Assembly: GCA_963693365.1 (NCBI GenBank)
Contig: CAVNZM010000010.1
Coordinates: forward strand, 1,116,001-1,180,000
DNA length: 64,000 nucleotides
From: Amoebidium appalachense
Lineage: Eukaryota; Protista; Ichthyosporea
Reading direction: 5' to 3'
The notes beneath the pieces are model-generated. The model did not search any database. It was not told the DNA's origin and was given only the letters and a program-made list of their open reading frames with translations. Below are positions 58,325 through 64,000 of the stretch, one piece after another. Position 1 is the first letter of the stretch. Each line of letters opens with the position of its first letter. The translations under genes and the position numbers were made by a program.

Positions 58325-61300
58325 GTTCCGGGGGAGGGGGAAGCTGGGGTCACTGAGGGAGGGGGGGGGGACAGTATCGGTCCCCCCCAGGTTGCAGAGA
58401 ACCTTCACCCTCCCCCACCCCAGGTTAAGCTTCCCTTTGCCCCCTCACCGCCCCGATACGTGTGGGAGCCGGGCATCGTCGTGGGTCCTCAAGACAGCGT
58501 CGAGGTGGTATGGCATGAATGTTTGTGGGGTGACTCTACCAAAGGTATGAATGGTGTGAATGTTTTGTGGTTGGGGGAGGTTCCCCAGCCACAAGTGGAT
58601 GGTCTCAGTGTTTCTTGTCCCAACCCGGTGTTTGTTCTAACCACACCGGAGGGGGTTTCTGTGCCATTGTTTCCGGGAGGGGGGGGGACACACACGAGTA
58701 AAGGGGGAAGGGGGGGGAAGGCACAGACACATAGAAACACACCACCACAACAACATACGACGGTTGCAGACACACCTACACCCACACACACACCCACACA
58801 TACACCACACACACACACACCACCCACCCACACATCACACACACACACTCCACCACCACCCACATCACATACACACCCCACCCCACCCGTGCAGGCACCA
58901 CAGGTAGGTATGTTGCACGTAGGTATCGAGGGTGTGAGTCTTCGTGGGCAGGGATTGGGAGTGAGTGATGATGTGTTGCTTGAATTGGAGGAGGATTTAG
59001 TTGGTTTTAGCCGGCATTATATAGACGTATGGTTAGCTGATGGTAAGTTGAAGGCTGTTGCTTTGCTCGATGGAGGGGCTCAGGTTAATTGTGTGCATGC
59101 TTCGTTTATTCGTCGTTTTAATCAGGCCGGGGGGGAAATTCCTATATTAGATGCTTCTAGCACAGCCTTAGGTAGTGCTAATAATAGTAGTATGTCTGTG
59201 GAAGGTGTTTGTGTGTTGCCGTGTGAGATAGGTGGCCAGGCTATGCATATTGCTTGTTATGTGGTTAAGGATTTAGCTCAAAGTGTTTTGTTGGGAGCCC
59301 CATTTTTCCGTAGACATGTGAATGCTTTGTTTGAACGTACGAATGTTTTAGAATTGCAGTCCGGCGTTAAAATTAAAACCCATGATGGGCTCGACGGTTA
59401 TCAGTCTGGTGCTAGAACGGTAGCTGAAGTAGTAATCGAGCCTTATCAGTGCCAAACGGTACGTGTCCGGGCCGGCAATCATGTTAGGATAGGGGATTTA
59501 GGGGTTTTTACTCCGAAAACCCCATTTCAGGAGGTGGCCCAATGGACCCTTAGTAGGGTATGGCCGGATAAGACAATAGAAATAGAATTAGTGAATCCGG
59601 GCATCGAGCCTATAGTGATTAGGTCAGGTGTTTCCGTCGGTAGTTTCACTAATGAGATTGGTAGTATAGAGGTCTCTCTTATTACCCAAAAGGAGGATGC
59701 CGGCTCGAAGGGTGACTCAGGAGGAGGGGGAACAACTTTATTTAACGTTAGCCACCAAAATGTCACCCGACACGATGGGGGGGGGGACCGGGACAGCACC
59801 GGTCCCACTCCCCCGACCCCCAAGAGGAAGGAGGGTCACCCCGGGTGTGAGAATGTGCAGGCAAGGGGGGAGGGTGTTGGTCTAACCCGTGGATCTGACG
59901 GGTTAACCAACACCGTGGGGGGCAGGGTGGCCACAGACCTGGCCCCCCACATACATGCACTAACTCATCAGGAATTGCCCGGGGGCATTGGTGTGCCGGG
60001 GGGAGGGGGGGGGTGCTAAGGGTGACCGCCTATATCCGGAGGTACCTCAACCTCACCCCGAGCAGCACCGATGTAATACAGGAGGTGAAATGTTAAGTGG
60101 CACTCCGGTGAATAAGGATGCATCCACTTGTGATGGGGGTAACCCGGAGTTAGTATTGCCGTTTGGTATGAAGGAGGGGGATTGGACGGTAGAACAGAAA
60201 AAATTGCTAGCTAAGTTTATTTGATAGGACTCGGTTTGCATTTCTGGCCGATGATAACGAAGTAGGCTTCGTTAAAGGGTTTGAAATGCAGATCGACACA
60301 GGTGATAATAGGCCGGTAGTGATGCCTAGCTATAGAATGGAGCAGTATAAATTGTCGGATGCGCTAATAATAGTGAGTGATATGTTAAAAAAGGGTCATG
60401 TGGAGCATAGTTCGAGTCCGTGGAGAAGTCCGGTGCTATTGGTTAAGAAGCCCGACGGGTCTTGGCGCCTAGTGAACGATTACAGGGCTCTGAATCGGAT
60501 CACTAAGGCAGACCAATGGCCTCTCCCTAACATAGACGAGCAGCTTTCACAGCTGCACGGCTATACTCACTTTGCTAAACTTGATTTAAAAGCAGCTTTT
60601 TGGCAGATAAGGTTGGAGGAGAGCAGCAAGGAGAAGACTGCCTTTGCACTGGGTGACCAGCTGTTCCAGTACAAGGTGGTGCCGATGGGTTTGCTCTCCT
60701 CTCCAGCTATGTTGTGCCGGGTAATGTATAAAATTCTCCACCCTCATTTGGATGTATGCCACCCTTATTTGGATGATGTTTTAATTAAAGGTAGGTCATT
60801 TGAGGAGTTAGTTAATAATTGTGAAAAAGTATTTTTAGCTTTGGGTGAGTCTGGTCTTCGTATTAGCGGTAGCAAGACTGTGATTGGTGTGCCGGAGGTT
60901 AAGTTTTTAGGTCATATTGTGTCTAGTAATGGTCTTTCCCCTGATCCGGAGAAAATCCGGGCCATAGTTGAGTGGCCCCGTCCTCAGACTGTCACTCAAC
61001 TAAGGCAATTTTTAGGTTTAACTAATTATCTTCGTCGTTATATTAAGGACTATAGTATGCTTGCTTTGCCGTTAACTAGTCAGACGGGGGGGAGAAGAAG
61101 AATAGAATAGATTGGAATGTTGATGCTGTTTCTGCTTTCGAAAAGCTTAAGTTAGCTTTGCAGTCTTCGAGTATGCTTGTTCATCCTGATTTTTCGGCCG
61201 GGGGGGGGATGTTTAAAGTTCGGTGCGATGCAAGTAAGGTTGCTGAGGGGGCCGTGTTATATCAAGTGCAGGAGGGGCAGGATAGAGTGATTGCTTATGC

Positions 61301-63478
61301 TAGTCGTTCATTTAGTAAAAGTGAACGTAGATATAGCAATCCGGAGAGAGAGTCCCATGCTATCTTTTGGGCAGTCTCACAGGCATGGAGGTATATACTC
61401 GCAGGCAGGACGTTTGAGGTCTACACCGACCACAAGCCCTGCCTAGCCATGGCCGGCACCACTCGTCTGGTCAACGAGAGGATGCAGAAGTGGGCCGCGG
61501 CTCTCGGTGAGTTCTCCTATAAATTGTTTTATGCCAAGGGTGAAACAATGGTCGACTGTGATGCTCTCTCTCGTGCTGCTTATATTTTGTTTGAAGAAGA
61601 GAAGGAGGGGGAGGGGGGGATAGTGAGAGACGGGGGGGAGGGGGGGAAGGGGGGGCGAGTGAGCAGAAAGGAATAGATGCTGTGTCTGTGGATGTGTCTT
61701 CTTGGGTTCCGGGGTTGCTTGCTTATAAGTGTAGGAGAGGGGGGGGGAGGTATTTGTCGGTGTCTGAGGTCGGGACCGAGTCTCATGGCTCGGCCCCTGC
61801 CTTAGCACCTACGGCTTTGATCTTAGCTCAGGAGGAAGATGTGTTGATTGGTCTGGTTAAGAATTATTTAAAGGGGCCGGTTGATTCGATTAAATTTACA
61901 AATAAAAGGCAGATGATTAAGGTAGCTAAGTTAGCAAAAATGTGTCAGGTAGAGCAGGATTTAGTTTATCATTGTTCTGGGCCAGACGGACACCGAGTTT
62001 GGGTCCCGACGGCACTTGTGCCTGAGGTTTTGCATATGGTGCATGAGCATCCCATGGCTGGTCATTTAGGTGTAAATAGGACGTTGCTTCGTGTTAATCG
62101 TTCGTATTTTTGGCCGGGTATGAGTAGGGAGGTGAGGGATTATGTGTTGTCATGCATGCATTGTCAGGAAAGGAATGAGAGTCCCCACTCTCGTTCCCGC
62201 CCGTCGTTTATTAGGGATTTTAATGTTCGTATGTTTGAAAGGGTAGCAGTGGATGTGGTCGGTCCTTTTAATTTTACGGTTGAGGGTAACACTGTTCTTG
62301 TTACCGTCACCGATGTGGCCACTCGTTGGGTTGAAGTTTTTCCTCTCCCCACTGCTAATGCCGTTTTGTTTGCTCGTATTTTTGTGGATGAAATTTGTCT
62401 TAGGTTTGGTTGTCCTCGTGTTTTGTTAACGGATAGGAGTCGTGTGTTTTTAAATCAGTTGGTGTCGGAGGTGTGTAAAATTTTAAGGGTAGCTCATATC
62501 ACTACGTCTGCATATCACCCTCAAGCAAATGCCATCTCTGAACGTGTGCATGCAGTGTTTCAGAAGTCCTTTGGCAAAATGGTGGATGTGGAGGCTAATG
62601 ATTGGGATCATATGTCTAGGTTTATTGCTCATTCATATAATTCTACCCCTCATGCTGTGACTGGTTTTTCTCCGTTTTATTTGGTCTATGGGCAGGAGGC
62701 TATTAGTTTGTTAGATACGGCACTTTTGCCGATGGGGGGGGCTGACCGACTAACTTATCCCCACTGGACTGAGTTCCGGGAGCAGCTACTAACCCGGGCC
62801 CGGGCTGCACGTGATGCAGCTCTGGCCCGTACACAGCAGGCACAGGCACGTACAGACGTGTCCACACGTCCGTTACGTGAATTTGCCGAGGGTACTTTAG
62901 TTTTAATTAGGGATCATACTAGGAAGAAGAGATATAAGCAGGAGCAGGAAGGTAAGGGTGAAGGTGAAGGTCTTCGTAAGTATGGTAAGAAATGGTTGCC
63001 TCTTTTTATCGGTCCGTATAAAATAGTGGCTAGGTTAGGTCCGACGGAATATAAGGTGCAGAGGTTAGATAATGAGAGTGATGTTAGATTTTATAATGTA
63101 GATGATATAAAGGAATATTATGATAGGGCCCTTAGGGTTAAACGGCCGGAGGGCCGTCGAGTGTTAGATGCATTCACCCCCGACTATGACGGGTCGGTGG
63201 ATGTATCGGAGGCTGCAGTAGATAAAATTATGGATAAAAAGGTTATCGAAGGTAAGGAAGGTAAGGTAAATTATTATTTAATTCGTTTTGAGGGAGGTTA
63301 TCAGGAAGATCAGTGGTTGCCTGAGTTTCATTTGGATTGCCCGTTTTCTATTTGTGCTTATGAGGCTAGATTAGTGCAGAGGGAGTTGCCTAGTGCTCCC
63401 TCTCGGCCAAAGAGAGTTATTCCTCAGTTTAATCGTGGTGTGAAAAAGTCGGTGGGGGAGGGGGCCGGGGGGGAGTGA
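58325..63478 (+). CDS. pol: Pol polyprotein PR-RT-RH-IN-chromodomain, starting in the gag frame; broken by single-base indels mostly in homopolymers
   Basis: ORF pieces 58460-60019, 59988-60224, 60286-61110, 61158-61676 and 61682-63478 cover all domains. The breaks at ~60010, ~60218, ~61090 and ~61620-61650 fall in or next to G/T runs. Confidence 0.92.
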
Positions 63479-63746
63479 TGCAAATACACGTAGACACACG
63501 GGGGGAGGGGGAGGGAGGGGGAGGAGACCGAGGAGGAGTGTGAACGTAGTCGTAGGAATTTAATTTATTATCATAGGTGTCTCCGTAGGTATCAAGCTTA
63601 TGGTGTAGATTAATTTATTATTTTTCTTCGTAATTTATTTAATTTAATTTTTTTTAGGAGACTGATTAGTCTATGTCTTTTTAGGGGGTGTTAGATGTAA
63701 TGTGACTGAGGTGGGACTCAGCTTTTCCGGGGGCCGGGGGGGGAGT

Positions 63747-64000
63747 TGACATATACTAATCCGTCTCAGCAGATTAGCCTAAGTCTACGATCGAGATCGG
63801 GGGGGGGGGGGGGGGGGGGGTGGCCCGGGTCCACAGATCATCAAGATCAAGTCCGGGGCCTCAAGATAGCTGTACAGCTGCGTGCATCTTGCCTCTGCCG
63901 GCGCAGGGCATTGGACCACGTCAGCCGGGACAGCCGTCCAATAGAATTCTAATTAGTGTGTAGGATAGATCGTAGGAGGACTTAGGAATGTCATTGTTCG
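63747..64000 (+). repeat. LTR E (haplotype 2), partial
   Basis: TGACATATACT start immediately after the PPT. Confidence 0.95.

Larger units (their letters stand above)
56117..64000 (+). mobile_element. Full-length Ty3/Gypsy chromodomain element W (haplotype 2); 3' LTR cut by the window edge
   Basis: LTR D 56117-56831, gag, pol, PPT at ~63728-63746, LTR E from 63747. Confidence 0.95.

Noticed and set aside
59990-61680. Programmed frameshifts inside pol of element W
   Set aside because: The breaks lie in or next to G/T runs, and those at ~60010, ~60218 and ~61090 are absent from the equivalent positions in copy X. Sequencing error or private indels are more likely.

Overview
Eukaryotic genomic DNA, probably a unicellular opisthokont or other protist (inference). 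It is saturated with ~15-45 nt poly(G)/poly(C) tracts and (CA)n/(GT)n/(CT)n microsatellites, which generate most of the supplied ORFs as artefacts. I could reconstruct two convergent intron-rich host genes. On + (2053-21442, 5' end unresolved) is an ankyrin-repeat / IRAK-Pelle-like pseudokinase / RING protein with about one ankyrin repeat per phase-0 exon. On - (40588-25457) is a complete 15-exon Artemis/DCLRE1C orthologue. Between them is a decayed LINE-like ORF1. A DIRS-type tyrosine recombinase ORF with no accompanying RT lies at 41795-43009 (-). From 44300 to the window end is a nested and tandem cluster of one chromodomain-bearing Ty3/Gypsy family with two LTR haplotypes. Most interesting signals: (1) every visible insertion junction of this family touches a G/C run, including two identical junctions at one nucleotide inside its own pol; (2) gag and pol are in frame, separated by a single UGA followed by a long predicted stem-loop (readthrough candidate), and there is no tRNA-type PBS; (3) introns often have poly(C) right after the donor and (CA)n instead of a polypyrimidine tract; (4) exon boundaries are repeatedly tandem-duplicated into decoy splice sites; (5) a sense-oriented intronic repeat family ends in GCATTCAAA-poly(C). 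All assignments come from reading the sequence by eye, with no database searches, and homopolymer lengths may be affected by sequencing error.
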